Notes under the pieces: generated by a model | What the model was told of the DNA's origin: nothing | The model's database searches: none | What the model saw: the letters and a program-made list of their open reading frames with translations, nothing else | Translations under genes and position numbers: made by a program | Origin: an uncultured Chthonomonadaceae bacterium | Lineage (GTDB): Bacteria > Armatimonadota > Chthonomonadetes > Chthonomonadales > Chthonomonadaceae | Assembly (NCBI GenBank): GCA_963817895.1 | Contig: CAWFQB010000004.1 | Location: 704,001 to 768,000, forward strand | Length of the DNA: 64,000 bases | Reading direction: 5' to 3' | In this document: positions 23,571-34,001 of the stretch, piece by piece | Layout: each line of letters starts with the position of its first letter | Position numbering within the stretch: position 1 is the first letter of the stretch

Positions 23571-24029
23571 TTACAACCCGGCGGCCCGCACAAGCTGCTC
23601 ATCCTGTTTGTCCTGTCTCTCCGCGACGGCGCGTACCAAAACGGATTTTTGCGCCTGTATCGGTTCGGAAGAGGGCCGCACAAGACGTTCGGGAGCGGGC
23701 AGGTAACTCGCGGTACATAGCATCAGGGGAACCCCGGTTTCTATGGCGCGAGAGCGGGTCAGACACCATCGGGCAGTCACGGAACAAAGATAAATTAGCA
23801 CCGGGAAGAACAGCAGCAGCCATACCCATTCCGTGGCGACAAGCGCCCGCAGAAGAGGGAGGGGCGCGAAACGCAACACGCCGCAGGCAAAACAAAGCAC
23901 AATGCCCACCCCTGCATAGGCCGCCAGAGTAAAGAACAATCCCTCAACCCACCAGAAAGCGCGACGCGCCTGCGCGCGCAAATACGCTCCCTTGCTTACA
24001 ACCCGCTTACCCAACGTGTTCGATTCCAT
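23571..24029 (-). CDS. Hypothetical membrane protein
   Basis: GGAGG RBS, two TM helices, repeated LVR(P/A) motifs in the tail. Confidence 0.6.
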   Translation of the reverse strand: MESNTLGKRVVSKGAYLRAQARRAFWWVEGLFFTLAAYAGVGIVLCFACGVLRFAPLPLLRALVATEWVWLLLFFPVLIYLCSVTARWCLTRSRAIETGVPLMLCTASYLPAPERLVRPSSEPIQAQKSVLVRAVAERQDKQDEQLVRAAGL

Positions 24030-24156
24030 TGCCGCGCCTCCTGATTCATTCTACGCTTTGCCCTCTTATATTTTACGCCTGATGTCAACTATAGATTCAG
24101 ACACCAATCGCGAAAATCCTGCCGCAAGCGTCAAAACCTTTCCTGCAAGGCGTTGT

Positions 24157-25281
24157 TCAGGGCGCAATATCCAGAGTTCGCAGGTACTCGCGGTCGAAGG
24201 CGGCAGAGATGCTTTCGCGGGGCGAGTAGGGGCCGGGCGTGTAGGCGCGCGAGGCTACCCCGGACTGGCTCAATTCGCAAATATGCCAGTCCTCCCGGTT
24301 CGTCCTGTCCCAGAAATCCACGCCATCATCGGGGTTGAAGCCGGGCTGCCTTGCGGCGTCCGGGTGGAACAGCCATTCACATTCGATGCGCGTCCGGTCG
24401 GGCGATTCGGGCCAGAGCGTGTGAACCATCACGTAATCGGGATGCAGACTGAGCAGCATGTTGGGATAAATCGAATAGTAGTAGACGCGATGCTGTTCTG
24501 CCCCGCGCAGGTCGCCAACCGGCAGAGCGCAGGCGTTGCCGCTCAAGGTCAGGCTGCCATAGTCCGGCTTGACCTCCATATAGCCGCCCAAAAACGCGCC
24601 TGTTACCAGATCATTCGCGCCGCTGTCGGCGGGAGAGAGTTTTACCAGCGTGGGATGCACGGGGGAACAGTGGAAGCACTCCGAATAGTTTTCAAACATC
24701 AGCTTCCAGTTGGCGCGAACATCGTAGTCTATGCGCCGCGTCCTCCGCAACGTCGGCAGATTATACGCGCTGAATTTACCCATGAGCGGCGTATGGGTAG
24801 TTTCAAACGGTTCCGGGTGTTCGGCAAGCGAAAGGAAAATAAACCCTTCCCACAGCGCGACGGACACAGGATGCAGCGGATAATCGGCAGTCGAAAAACC
24901 TTCCCGTTCGTCCATCGAAGGCGCGGCAAGCAGGCGACCGTCAAGCCCAAACGTCCACGCATGGTACGGGCAGCGAATGGCGTTCTTGAAGTGTCCCGCG
25001 TCGGCCTCGCACAAGCGCGTACCCCGATGCCGACACAGGTTATGAAACGCGCGAATGATGCCGTCGCGTCCCCGCGTGATGATAACGCTTTCCGTCCCGA
25101 TTGCCCGAACGAAGTAGTCGCCCGCCTGCAGTATTCGCTCTTCGCGTCCCGCGCATATCCATTGCCGGTAAAAGATGCGCTCCCGCTCCGTATGAAATAT
25201 TTCGGGTGAGGTATAAAAACGCCCCGGCAGCGTCATTGCGTCCCCCGCGCCCACCTCCGCCGCCTTCAAAAACTGCGCCAT
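24157..25281 (-). CDS. Rieske ring-hydroxylating oxygenase alpha subunit (GbcA/choline monooxygenase-like)
   Basis: CRHRG...CPYHAW Rieske motif; NWKLMFENYSECFHCSPVHP mononuclear iron motif. Confidence 0.92.
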   Translation of the reverse strand: MAQFLKAAEVGAGDAMTLPGRFYTSPEIFHTERERIFYRQWICAGREERILQAGDYFVRAIGTESVIITRGRDGIIRAFHNLCRHRGTRLCEADAGHFKNAIRCPYHAWTFGLDGRLLAAPSMDEREGFSTADYPLHPVSVALWEGFIFLSLAEHPEPFETTHTPLMGKFSAYNLPTLRRTRRIDYDVRANWKLMFENYSECFHCSPVHPTLVKLSPADSGANDLVTGAFLGGYMEVKPDYGSLTLSGNACALPVGDLRGAEQHRVYYYSIYPNMLLSLHPDYVMVHTLWPESPDRTRIECEWLFHPDAARQPGFNPDDGVDFWDRTNREDWHICELSQSGVASRAYTPGPYSPRESISAAFDREYLRTLDIAP

Positions 25282-25346
25282 GTCGTCTCCTCGTTACCAA
25301 CCAAACGATGTCTGTTCTACCTTGACGGTGTACTGGAGGCGAATGG

Positions 25347-25829
25347 CTAATGCGTCCGTTGTTTGCGTGTGAGCCGATAGGTTCCCGCCGCGCGGACATT
25401 CACGCCGAATTCAGGATTGCTGCCGCTTTCCGTCAGCGCGACGGCATGACGCGCGAATTTCATTGTCAGGCGATAGTTTTCGTTCCTGTAAACCGCAATG
25501 TGATTGCGCAGCGCGAGGGTTGCCTCAAATTCGCCATTGTGCGGCAAATCCGACAGCGCAGGCCACCATAAGGCCGTCAGATGAACATGAATCTTGCTTC
25601 TGTTAATCTGCTTTACATCCATAGTCGCGCTCTGATGTTCGTTGTTATTGCGCTTGACTCGCGTGTAGGTTCCGGTCAAGCGCGACGATTTCAGCGCGTA
25701 GGTCGCAGGAGGCGCCTGTCCATGACGCGCTTTGCTCTGCCCGAAACCGGGCGCAGCAAGCAGGCAAACTCCTGCCGGTATTATAGCGCGCGCCAAAAAC
25801 ATCTGCCATATGAACTTCTGCATCTGCAT
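25347..25829 (-). CDS. Hypothetical secreted protein
   Basis: Signal-peptide-like N-terminus and beta-rich body. Confidence 0.55.
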   Translation of the reverse strand: MQMQKFIWQMFLARAIIPAGVCLLAAPGFGQSKARHGQAPPATYALKSSRLTGTYTRVKRNNNEHQSATMDVKQINRSKIHVHLTALWWPALSDLPHNGEFEATLALRNHIAVYRNENYRLTMKFARHAVALTESGSNPEFGVNVRAAGTYRLTRKQRTH

Positions 25830-25998
25830 CGAAACCTCTTTAATCTTGTTCGTTGCTACTGTCATCGTAAAAGCATATTTTGAAAAGCAGGAGAAAGCAA
25901 TTCAGACAAAGAATACTTGCTTGTCCTCTTTCGCGCAACGCGCTGTAGCAAAATGCGCGGCTCATGCTTGCATGAGTTTTCTACCAGAAAGGTGTTCT

Positions 25999-26853
25999 AT
26001 GAAGCACACTCGCAGAGGTTTTACGCTGATTGAATTGCTCGTGGTGATCGCCATTATCGCGATCCTTGCCGCCATTCTGTTCCCGGTCTTCGCGCAGGCG
26101 CGGGAGCGAGCGCGCGCCATCTCCTGCGTGTCCAACATGAAGCAGATCGGGCTGGCGCTTATCATGTACACGCAGGATAATGACGAAACGTATCCCGCCG
26201 CGCAGATACTCACCGCGCCTATCAATGGCGAACCCGTCGGCGGGTTTAACAGCAGCACGCGCTGGCGCACTCCCATTGATACGCAGTTGCAGCCGTACAT
26301 CAAAAACGACGGCGTGTGGGCGTGTCCCTCCGACTCCGGTCCTATTCTGAAGGTGGATACCTCCTTCTTCCACGACGGCAAGTATGACCCGGCTCTGGGC
26401 GGCAAGCTGACCCGGCGCACCTATGCCTACTGCAATACCATCAATACGGCGCAGGTAGGCGCTATTGACCCCAACACCGGCCTTTCCGACCGCAACAGCG
26501 CGACGGGCTACGCGATGGCTTCCGTAGATGCGTCTTCGGATACCGTCGCCTACGTGGAACCGCCGACGGACACAACCGGCGATGTCTCGTGGGAGTTGGG
26601 CGCGTACAATGGCGGCTATTTCACGGGCTGCGATACGTGGAAACTTCCGGGCCGCAAGCCGGGAACCGATACGGTTCCGGGATGCAGCGGAAACTATTCC
26701 CCTGTCAATTACCACCCGTACAAAGGCCATTTCGACAAAGGCAACTACATCTTCGCGGATGGACATGTCAAGTCGCTAAGTTGGAGTCAGGTACGCAACA
26801 ACGACTTTTACCTGTTCAAACGCGCCAAGCCGACCCAAACCTTCTCGCCGTAG
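25999..26853 (+). CDS. Prepilin-type / H-X9-DG-CTERM (DUF1559) protein
   Basis: [45 protein letters not shown]. Confidence 0.93.
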   Translation: MKHTRRGFTLIELLVVIAIIAILAAILFPVFAQARERARAISCVSNMKQIGLALIMYTQDNDETYPAAQILTAPINGEPVGGFNSSTRWRTPIDTQLQPYIKNDGVWACPSDSGPILKVDTSFFHDGKYDPALGGKLTRRTYAYCNTINTAQVGAIDPNTGLSDRNSATGYAMASVDASSDTVAYVEPPTDTTGDVSWELGAYNGGYFTGCDTWKLPGRKPGTDTVPGCSGNYSPVNYHPYKGHFDKGNYIFADGHVKSLSWSQVRNNDFYLFKRAKPTQTFSP

Positions 26854-26860
26854 TCGCGTC

Positions 26861-26964
26861 TTTGTCTTGAACCATGATTTATGTGATTACAGGATACCCA
26901 TGATGAACGCGCCTCTTAATCATGAATATCATCTAAATCATGTAAAATCATGGTTCAAGACAAA
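26861..26964. repeat. Long inverted repeat between convergent genes (possible bidirectional terminator)
   Basis: 20-bp perfect arms TTTGTCTTGAACCATGATTT/AAATCATGGTTCAAGACAAA with imperfect inward extension. Confidence 0.7.
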
Positions 26965-27899
26965 AACGAGGCAGGCATCAATACCTTCAAAGCGCGTGGT
27001 AAGAGTGTGAACGTAACCGGCGTGGTTCCCAATACTTCGCCGTCAATCAGCAGGGGCAGGGGAGGGTCGCTTTCAATGTGAATGGTTCGGGCGCGCAGCA
27101 TGGTTACTTTGGGATGCGTGATGTGCGTTCCCTTGAAGACGCGGGGAAAGGCTCGGACGAATTCCACTCTTCCGGCCTCGGCAAGCAGGCAAATGTCGAA
27201 CAGGCCGTCATCAATACGGGCATCCGGGGCGACTCTCATGCCGCCGCCATACGAAGTGGCGTTAGCGACGGAACACATCAGAGCGCGAACCTGCCGCGTT
27301 TCGCCATCCAGCGTCAGCGTCAGGTTAGAGGGTTTTAGATGCAACAGGGAATGGGCAATGGCGGCAAGGTACGCGCTCGTGCCGTGTAAAAGGCGAAATC
27401 CGCGATTCACGCGCTCGGCAACAATGGCGTCAAAGCCGCATCCGGCGATATTGATGAACCATCTTCCCTGCGCCTGACCGACATCTACGAAATGCGGATT
27501 GCCGTTAAACAGCGTGTCTGCCGCCAGCTTCAGATCGGTGCCAAGCCCGATGCAGCGCGCGAAATCGTTGCCTGTACCCATCGGCAGTAGCCCAAGCGTT
27601 ACATTCCGCCTGCCCCTCTCCGCTTCCATCAGACCGTTGACGACCTCATTCAATGTGCCGTCGCCGCCCGCCGCCACAACAATCTCCGCGCCATCCTCAA
27701 CCGCCCGCCGCGCCAACGTGCCGCCGTGTCCCTTCGCCTGCGTTTCCACAATGTTCCATCGAGATGAAGGTGAGGCGGCAGCCGTGAGCAGACGTTCCAG
27801 TTCTGCTCGGTTCTGTCCGCCCATACCCCTACCGGATGTAGGATTAAGTATGATTGTAACTTGCGGCATCGGCGCTGTCTCACTCGCTTCTGACCTCAT
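26955..27899 (-). CDS. Diacylglycerol kinase family lipid kinase (YegS/Rv2252-like)
   Basis: NPTSG, GGDGTLNEV, PMGTGNDFA, GCGFDA, YGGGM, IDGE. Confidence 0.92.
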   Translation of the reverse strand: MRSEASETAPMPQVTIILNPTSGRGMGGQNRAELERLLTAAASPSSRWNIVETQAKGHGGTLARRAVEDGAEIVVAAGGDGTLNEVVNGLMEAERGRRNVTLGLLPMGTGNDFARCIGLGTDLKLAADTLFNGNPHFVDVGQAQGRWFINIAGCGFDAIVAERVNRGFRLLHGTSAYLAAIAHSLLHLKPSNLTLTLDGETRQVRALMCSVANATSYGGGMRVAPDARIDDGLFDICLLAEAGRVEFVRAFPRVFKGTHITHPKVTMLRARTIHIESDPPLPLLIDGEVLGTTPVTFTLLPRALKVLMPASFLS

Positions 27900-27914
27900 A
27901 ACCGAGTAACCGCG

Positions 27915-28355
27915 TCACCAGATAATGGGAACCACAGCCGCCGATTGAATAGCATGATCGCTTGTCAGGAGAGGCAAACCAAGCGCGAGAGCCGTCGCCG
28001 TCACAAGGCGATCAGGCATATCAGGCACTCCGTTACGAGGTACGGCTGAAACCTGTAGAAGAACCTGCTTATCCAGAGGAGATAGCGCGTAACTGCCATT
28101 GCGCGTAGCAATCAGCGCCAGTGTTCGTTGCAGCAACGTGGCATCAATGCGTCCCCGCTCAGAGAGGTAGATTAGCTCGACGAGGCAAATGATAGGAATG
28201 TAGATGCGAAGCAATCCCTGATCGGCCTGCGTGAAGCATTGGCTGGCAGCAGGCGTCAAGCGTGGAGAACCCGTCAGATACCAGATGAGGGCATTCGTGT
28301 CCGTTAGGGCATCAGAAGCAACGGGCGGATTTGCATTCAGAACCGCATCGCTCAT
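27915..28355 (-). CDS. PIN-domain (VapC-like) toxin
   Basis: DTNALIW, E, DMPDRL, TSD acidic PIN motifs; ATGA overlap with the upstream gene. Confidence 0.88.
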   Translation of the reverse strand: MSDAVLNANPPVASDALTDTNALIWYLTGSPRLTPAASQCFTQADQGLLRIYIPIICLVELIYLSERGRIDATLLQRTLALIATRNGSYALSPLDKQVLLQVSAVPRNGVPDMPDRLVTATALALGLPLLTSDHAIQSAAVVPIIW

Positions 28356-28573
28356 GCGCTTTCTCCAAAGTTGTTCCACATCTCTGCGCGCATGTCCTTA
28401 ATATCCTCATCGATAATGGAAACGCCCTGCCATAACCCCCCCAATTTCACAGCAACGTATGGAGTGGCATTGGCAGATTCTCTTGACCAAGATTGCGCCT
28501 GTTTCAGCAAATCATCAATAGCTTCTTGCGGCAATGCCTGTACAATCGAAATCAGTTCTTCTACTTTTGTCAG
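28352..28573 (-). CDS. Putative antitoxin
   Basis: Small gene overlapping the PIN gene, with KLGGLWQG...EDIKDMRAEMW tail; start uncertain (CTG 28573 after GGAGG, or TTG 28534). Confidence 0.7.
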   Translation of the reverse strand: MTKVEELISIVQALPQEAIDDLLKQAQSWSRESANATPYVAVKLGGLWQGVSIIDEDIKDMRAEMWNNFGESA

Positions 28574-28709
28574 AGCGCACCTCCAGTCTCATCAGGTAAT
28601 AACCCTCAGAATACGAGGTAATCGGCACAAGGTTTCATTGTTTGCGCTGCATCTTGCGCATTTTCAGGCTATACTCTCCTATCACTCTCATACTGCAAGG
28701 ATTCACGCG

Positions 28710-29501
28710 ATGATTATTAAATCCGATGAAGTTGTTACTGTGGACACGCCTACCGGCCCGATGCAAACTTATGTTTTGCGTCCTGTCGCGCCCGGTTGCT
28801 ATCCGGGGATTTTGCTGTACTCCGAGATTTTTCAGGTGACAGGGCCGATACGCCGAACGGCTGCGATGCTGGCGAGTCACGGGTTTGTCGTGGCCGTGCC
28901 GGAAATCTACCACGAACTGGAACCGGCGGGAACCGTGCTGGCGTATGATGAGGCGGGCGCGGACACGGGCAACCACCATAAAACCGCCAAAGAACTCGCC
29001 GGTTATGACAGCGACGCCCGCGCCGGTCTGGATTGCCTCAAGTCGCATCCGGCCTGCACGGGCAAGTTGGGCGTGATGGGTATCTGTATCGGCGGGCATC
29101 TCGCGTTTCGCGCCGCCATGAACCCGGACGTGATGGCCGCCGCCTGCTTTTACGCGACCGACATTCACAAGCGCAGTCTTGGCAAGGGCATGAACGACAA
29201 TTCTCTGGATCGCATCGGGGAGATTGCGGGGGAACTGCTGATGATCTGGGGGCGGCAGGACCCGCACGTTCCCCGCGAAGGCCGCCAGTTAATTTACAAC
29301 GCCCTGAGCGACGCGAACGCATGTTTCCAATGGCACGAGTTCAACGCAGCCCACGCTTTTATGCGCGATGAAGGCCCGCGCTACGATCCGTCCACCGCAC
29401 GTATCTGCTACGACATGGCGCTGGAACTGTTCAAGCGGCGATTGGGCGAGGGCGATCAAAGCGCTTCCACGAGCGAAGGCGCTACGCAGACGAAACATTA
29501 A
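28710..29501 (+). CDS. Dienelactone hydrolase family protein
   Basis: SEIFQV, GICIGG nucleophile, QDPH, HAFMRD. Confidence 0.9.
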   Translation: MIIKSDEVVTVDTPTGPMQTYVLRPVAPGCYPGILLYSEIFQVTGPIRRTAAMLASHGFVVAVPEIYHELEPAGTVLAYDEAGADTGNHHKTAKELAGYDSDARAGLDCLKSHPACTGKLGVMGICIGGHLAFRAAMNPDVMAAACFYATDIHKRSLGKGMNDNSLDRIGEIAGELLMIWGRQDPHVPREGRQLIYNALSDANACFQWHEFNAAHAFMRDEGPRYDPSTARICYDMALELFKRRLGEGDQSASTSEGATQTKH

Positions 29502-29511
29502 AACACATAAT

Positions 29512-29907
29512 ATGCCAAATCATGAACCGGAACCTTTGCCTTCGCGCCGCCTGCGCATTTCTCGCGGACTGTTGGCCGCGCTGTTTATGTTCGCGGGCAT
29601 TATGCACTTTGTTTTTCCGGCCCGGTTTGCCAGCGTAATTCCGCCATTTTTTCCGGCGCATCTTGCGCTTGTGTATATCAGCGGCGTGTGCGAGTTTATG
29701 GGCGGGCTTGGCGTTGTGGTTCCCCCGGTTCGCAGACAGGCCGGTTACGGCCTGATTGCTCTCCTGCTTGCCGTGTATCCCGCCAACTTTTATATGCTGT
29801 ACCAACAATGGCAGGAACACGGCTGGACAGCCTTTACGTGGCTGCTCGTCGCGCGCCTGCCATTACAGTTCCCGATGATCTACTGGGTGAAGCGGGCTAC
29901 TCTATAG
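29512..29907 (+). CDS. DoxX-like membrane protein
   Basis: AGIMHF, YISGVCE, VYPAN, RLPLQ. Confidence 0.85.
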   Translation: MPNHEPEPLPSRRLRISRGLLAALFMFAGIMHFVFPARFASVIPPFFPAHLALVYISGVCEFMGGLGVVVPPVRRQAGYGLIALLLAVYPANFYMLYQQWQEHGWTAFTWLLVARLPLQFPMIYWVKRATL

Positions 29908-32155
29908 TGCCTAATCCGTCAATGTAAACGCGCAAAGCCCGGTTCGCTTCGTCGGCTTGCGCTTTCAATCGCGCCGCCTCCTGTCGCAGATTTTCCAGTT
30001 TGGTTTCCTGCGTATCCAGTGTCGCCACATAGCGCTTGTACAAAGCGGAGTCTTTGTCCAGCGCGGCCATGTTTTTGCGTATGCGGTCTTGATCGGCGTC
30101 AATGGTCTGTGATTCTGCCGTTCGCGCTGCCGCCTGCGCCTGTAGTTCCTGAACGCGCTGCCGTCGCTTTACGACATCCTCCAAAGTGGCGCGTAGTTTG
30201 GGTGATATGTCCTTGCGCGTGGAATAGTAGGTCAGCGTGTTCAGGTCGCCGTCGAAAATAGCGAATTCCTGCGTCAGAGGCCGCTCCACAACCACTTTCA
30301 GCGTTTGCGATTTTCCGGGTGGAACCGCAACCGCGAACCGGTACAGGGTTGCCGTGCGCTCCGTCGCTTTTTCGGGCGACAGCAGTTTGTACTCGGCGTG
30401 AAACGGATGTTCGATGAGAACCGTTTTCAGTTTGTCCGATTTGGATTTCAGCGTGTATGTGGTTTCTATGTGTTCCCGGCGTGAAACAAGCAGGACACCC
30501 CGCTTTAGATTGAGCGTGGATTCAATCATGTCCGTACTCGGCCCCTGCCGTTCGCCCTCGACGGTTAAATCCACCGCGTAGGTAATCAGTCGGTTATCGC
30601 CGGGGGGAATGTCTTCCATGCGCGCGTCTCCGGCGTAGACGCCCCCATCCAGAAGCGTAACCGGCCCGCCCTTAAGATACAGGGTCGTGGTGTTGTGGAT
30701 ACGAACCGCGTTCATCGGAAATCTTATGCCACTGTCGGCATTGAACAGCAAAGCTCTATCGGCTTCGATTCCTTGCGCGATTACGGGTATCATGGCCGCC
30801 TGCTGTCGGGGAAGCGTGACCGGCGTGTTGATGTTATATTGAAACAACTCGCCCGCTTTTTGTCCCGCCGCCTGCGCTTTCACCGAATCGTAACGCAATA
30901 CGAGCGAGTTGTCTGCGTCCAGCGCGAATATATCCTTTGAGGAGATACCGTCCAAAAAGCCCTGCGCCGCGTTTGACGGGCCGGGTTCTCCCATCGCTCC
31001 GGCATCTCCTCTTGGACCCTGCGGCGCGCGAATTCTTTGCGCCGCGCCGCTACTGCCGGGAAGACCGCCCCGTCCACCTGCCCCGCCGCCTGCCCCGCCA
31101 TTTGCCCCAAAAGCGAGGGCATTCTGTAAATCTCCCTCATGGGTTTGTGGATAGGGCGAGGCCACTATATCCGGGCCGACAACCGGGCGCGGCAGATAAA
31201 GCGGCTGATACAAGTCCTGTATAAATGAAACCGGGCGCCCGGACACGAGCGACAGGCGCACGCTTTGCCAGTCCTCATCAGAAGTGTTTTCCACAACCGC
31301 CCAACCCTGTATGTAGGGTTTGCCATTCGCCTGTTCCTGCCTGCCCTGCGCGTCCGCTTTGGTTCCCAATAGCGGCTTTGGCGGCTTCGGCAGCGTTTTT
31401 AGATTCCCGGCTTTCGGCGGCTGTGCCGGTTTTGGCCCCTCCGCGCCATCCAGCATCAGGCGGTAACTCATTTTCCACAGGGGCGCTTCCGAAACGTAGC
31501 CGACCCGCACTTCGCGCCGCCCGTTGCCCGCGAAATGCAGCATCACCTGTCGTTTGGTATCGTCCGAGTTCGACGCCAGCAGAGTGAGCGCGTCCCGAAA
31601 CTCTTTGTTCAGGCGGGCATCCAGAAACCGCACGGCCTGTTCGCCATCCAGCCGAAGCGATACCAGCCCGCTATCGGTAAACAAGTTCAGGTAGGACGCA
31701 TTGACAGGTTTCGCGTCATCGCCGCCCACCCGCCGCTGCTCCACGCCAATGATCTGCCCCGTAACCGCAGGCTTTCCGAGCGACTGAACGGAAACGGACG
31801 CGCCGTGCAGCCGATTGAGAATGTCTTCCAGCCGAAGCGTACTCGACATATCCACGGCAAACGATTGCAGGGCGCGGCTCACGGAATCGCGAGTGGCATA
31901 CGTGGCGGGCTGCACCTGCCCGGTCGCATCGAGCAGAATCATGGATTTAAGGATGTCGTTGATCTGCGTGGTACGGAACAGCAGCGGCACAGTCGCGTCC
32001 CCGTCCACCATGCCGCCGCGCTCCGTATAAGACACGCCGCTGGTAAACAGCGTTACCCGCTTTACGGGAAGCGAACTCGGCGCAATTTGTGGAGCCTGCG
32101 CCATTGCCGATGTTGTGAGCAGGAATGTAGAAGCAAGAGAGAATATTGTTTTCAT
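29897..32155 (-). CDS. DUF4139-domain secreted protein
   Basis: Signal peptide; LPVKRVTLFTSGV, INDILKS, PLWKMSYRL, VENTSDEDW, LSLVSGRP; C-terminal coiled coil. Confidence 0.8.
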   Translation of the reverse strand: MKTIFSLASTFLLTTSAMAQAPQIAPSSLPVKRVTLFTSGVSYTERGGMVDGDATVPLLFRTTQINDILKSMILLDATGQVQPATYATRDSVSRALQSFAVDMSSTLRLEDILNRLHGASVSVQSLGKPAVTGQIIGVEQRRVGGDDAKPVNASYLNLFTDSGLVSLRLDGEQAVRFLDARLNKEFRDALTLLASNSDDTKRQVMLHFAGNGRREVRVGYVSEAPLWKMSYRLMLDGAEGPKPAQPPKAGNLKTLPKPPKPLLGTKADAQGRQEQANGKPYIQGWAVVENTSDEDWQSVRLSLVSGRPVSFIQDLYQPLYLPRPVVGPDIVASPYPQTHEGDLQNALAFGANGGAGGGAGGRGGLPGSSGAAQRIRAPQGPRGDAGAMGEPGPSNAAQGFLDGISSKDIFALDADNSLVLRYDSVKAQAAGQKAGELFQYNINTPVTLPRQQAAMIPVIAQGIEADRALLFNADSGIRFPMNAVRIHNTTTLYLKGGPVTLLDGGVYAGDARMEDIPPGDNRLITYAVDLTVEGERQGPSTDMIESTLNLKRGVLLVSRREHIETTYTLKSKSDKLKTVLIEHPFHAEYKLLSPEKATERTATLYRFAVAVPPGKSQTLKVVVERPLTQEFAIFDGDLNTLTYYSTRKDISPKLRATLEDVVKRRQRVQELQAQAAARTAESQTIDADQDRIRKNMAALDKDSALYKRYVATLDTQETKLENLRQEAARLKAQADEANRALRVYIDGLGTIE

Positions 32156-32376
32156 AATCCGTTTAGACTTGCCCCGATGGCGAATGGTTACACTGTTGAG
32201 ATTTTCGCGATTAAGAGGAATTACCTACCCGTCCGGCGAACAATCCTAATATAGTACCGACATCGTAGTTGATTCAGCCGCGCCTTCCTATTTCCCTGCA
32301 TCTATTCGCGTTCATTCGCGTTTATTCGCGGCTAAATTCTCCTCATTTTGCGGCTTCATGGCTGGAGTTCCGGTTT

Positions 32377-33708
32377 ATGCGCTATTTTCCGTTCGGCAAG
32401 GCGGCGTTCGCGATGCTGCTGCTGTCCCTCTTCAGCGGGATTTGGCTGGCCCTGCATCCGCCGCCCCGCAAAAAATCCACGCTGACGATGTGGACGTTTG
32501 CTCGCAGCCACTATCTCAACTATTCCAAAGCCGTTGCTGATTTTGAAGCCGCGCATCCCGGCGTCACTGTCAACGTGGAACTGGTATCCAACAACGCGCT
32601 TGCCGCCCGCCTGCAAAGCGCGTTTCAGGCCGAACTCGACGTGCCGGATTTGTGCGAAATTGAAATCAGTTCCGCAGGCACATTCTTTCGCGGGCCGGTA
32701 GACCACATCGGCTTTGCCGACCTGACCGACAAAATTCACCAATCAGGGCTGTGGGACGAAATGGTGCAGTCCCGGTTCGCGCCGTATACCAGTCGGGGAC
32801 ATATCTTCGGCCTGCCGAACGACGTTCACCCCGTCCAGTTCGCGTACCGGCGCGACCTGTTTGAACAGCTTGGCATTGACGCCGACAAACTGCTGACGTG
32901 GGATGATTTCATTGCGGCAGGCCGTAAAATCACGGTTCCCGGCAGCCGCTACATGGCTGAATTCAGCAACTCGGACATCAGCGCGCTGGAAGTATCTCTG
33001 TTTCAGCGCGGCGGCGGGTATTTCGACGCGCAGGGATTTTGTATTCTGGACAACGAAACAGCGGTACAAACGCTGCTGTGGTACGTGCCGCTCGTGTCCG
33101 GCCCCAAGCGTATCGGCAACTCGCTCGGTGGCGGGCAACTGTTGACGCGCTCGATGGAGGACGGCTACCTCCTGTGCTATCTTGCCCCCGATTGGCGCAC
33201 CCTGTATTTCCAGAAGGACACGCCCCGCGTTGGAGGCAAAATGGCGCTTATGCCCCTGCCAGCCATCACTCCGGGCGGCAGGCGAACCAGCACATGGGGC
33301 GGCACGATGCTCGGCATCACCAAACACTGCGAACATTTCGATCTCGCGTGGGAGTTCGCCAAAACTTTATACACGGACAAGCCCAAACTGGCGGAGCGCT
33401 TTGTGGAAAGCAACATTCTGCCCGCCATGAAATCCGCGTGGAATCAGGAAGCGTTCCATCGTCCCAACGCTTATTTCAGCGGCCAGAAGTTCGGCGATAC
33501 ATATGCCCGCCTTGCGCCCGATACGCCCGCGCAATACAGCAGTCCCTTCGCTCAAACCGCAAAAACCAAGTTCGGCGAATGCCTGGTTTCCAGCGTCCAA
33601 TACTACGAAGCGAACGGCAAGCAGGGATTTGAACCGTATGTCCGCCAACAACTCAAGCAGAGCGCCAATCAAGTTCGCGCGCTGATTGCCAGAAACCCGT
33701 ATAATTAG
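32377..33708 (+). CDS. Carbohydrate ABC transporter substrate-binding protein
   Basis: N-terminal anchor, GLPNDVHP, YRRDLF, TWDDF, WGGTMLGI; no permease gene adjacent. Confidence 0.85.
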   Translation: MRYFPFGKAAFAMLLLSLFSGIWLALHPPPRKKSTLTMWTFARSHYLNYSKAVADFEAAHPGVTVNVELVSNNALAARLQSAFQAELDVPDLCEIEISSAGTFFRGPVDHIGFADLTDKIHQSGLWDEMVQSRFAPYTSRGHIFGLPNDVHPVQFAYRRDLFEQLGIDADKLLTWDDFIAAGRKITVPGSRYMAEFSNSDISALEVSLFQRGGGYFDAQGFCILDNETAVQTLLWYVPLVSGPKRIGNSLGGGQLLTRSMEDGYLLCYLAPDWRTLYFQKDTPRVGGKMALMPLPAITPGGRRTSTWGGTMLGITKHCEHFDLAWEFAKTLYTDKPKLAERFVESNILPAMKSAWNQEAFHRPNAYFSGQKFGDTYARLAPDTPAQYSSPFAQTAKTKFGECLVSSVQYYEANGKQGFEPYVRQQLKQSANQVRALIARNPYN

Positions 33709-34001
33709 CATTAAGTAAAGCAAATGGCTGATACCTCCTGCTCTGGTAATGGGGATACAGCGATTTCCTGTGAATACGGCGATTTCACCGGCATTACAGT
33801 GGCAATACAATGAGGCGCAGGAATTGCGCAACGGACTGCCGGGTAAATCTGTAACACCACAGGCTAAAATACATCTTACAAAATAGCCGATCAAGTGGTA
33901 CGATAAACCATGCTTGAAGAGGCCGAACGCGCATCAATGCGAATTTACGCGCGTTCATTGAACAGTTGCAGACGCGCAAATATACAAACAAGGCTGGAAA
34001 T

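Noticed and set aside
33710..34000. AT-richer spacer with short ORFs
   Set aside because: No recognisable product, RBS or structure.
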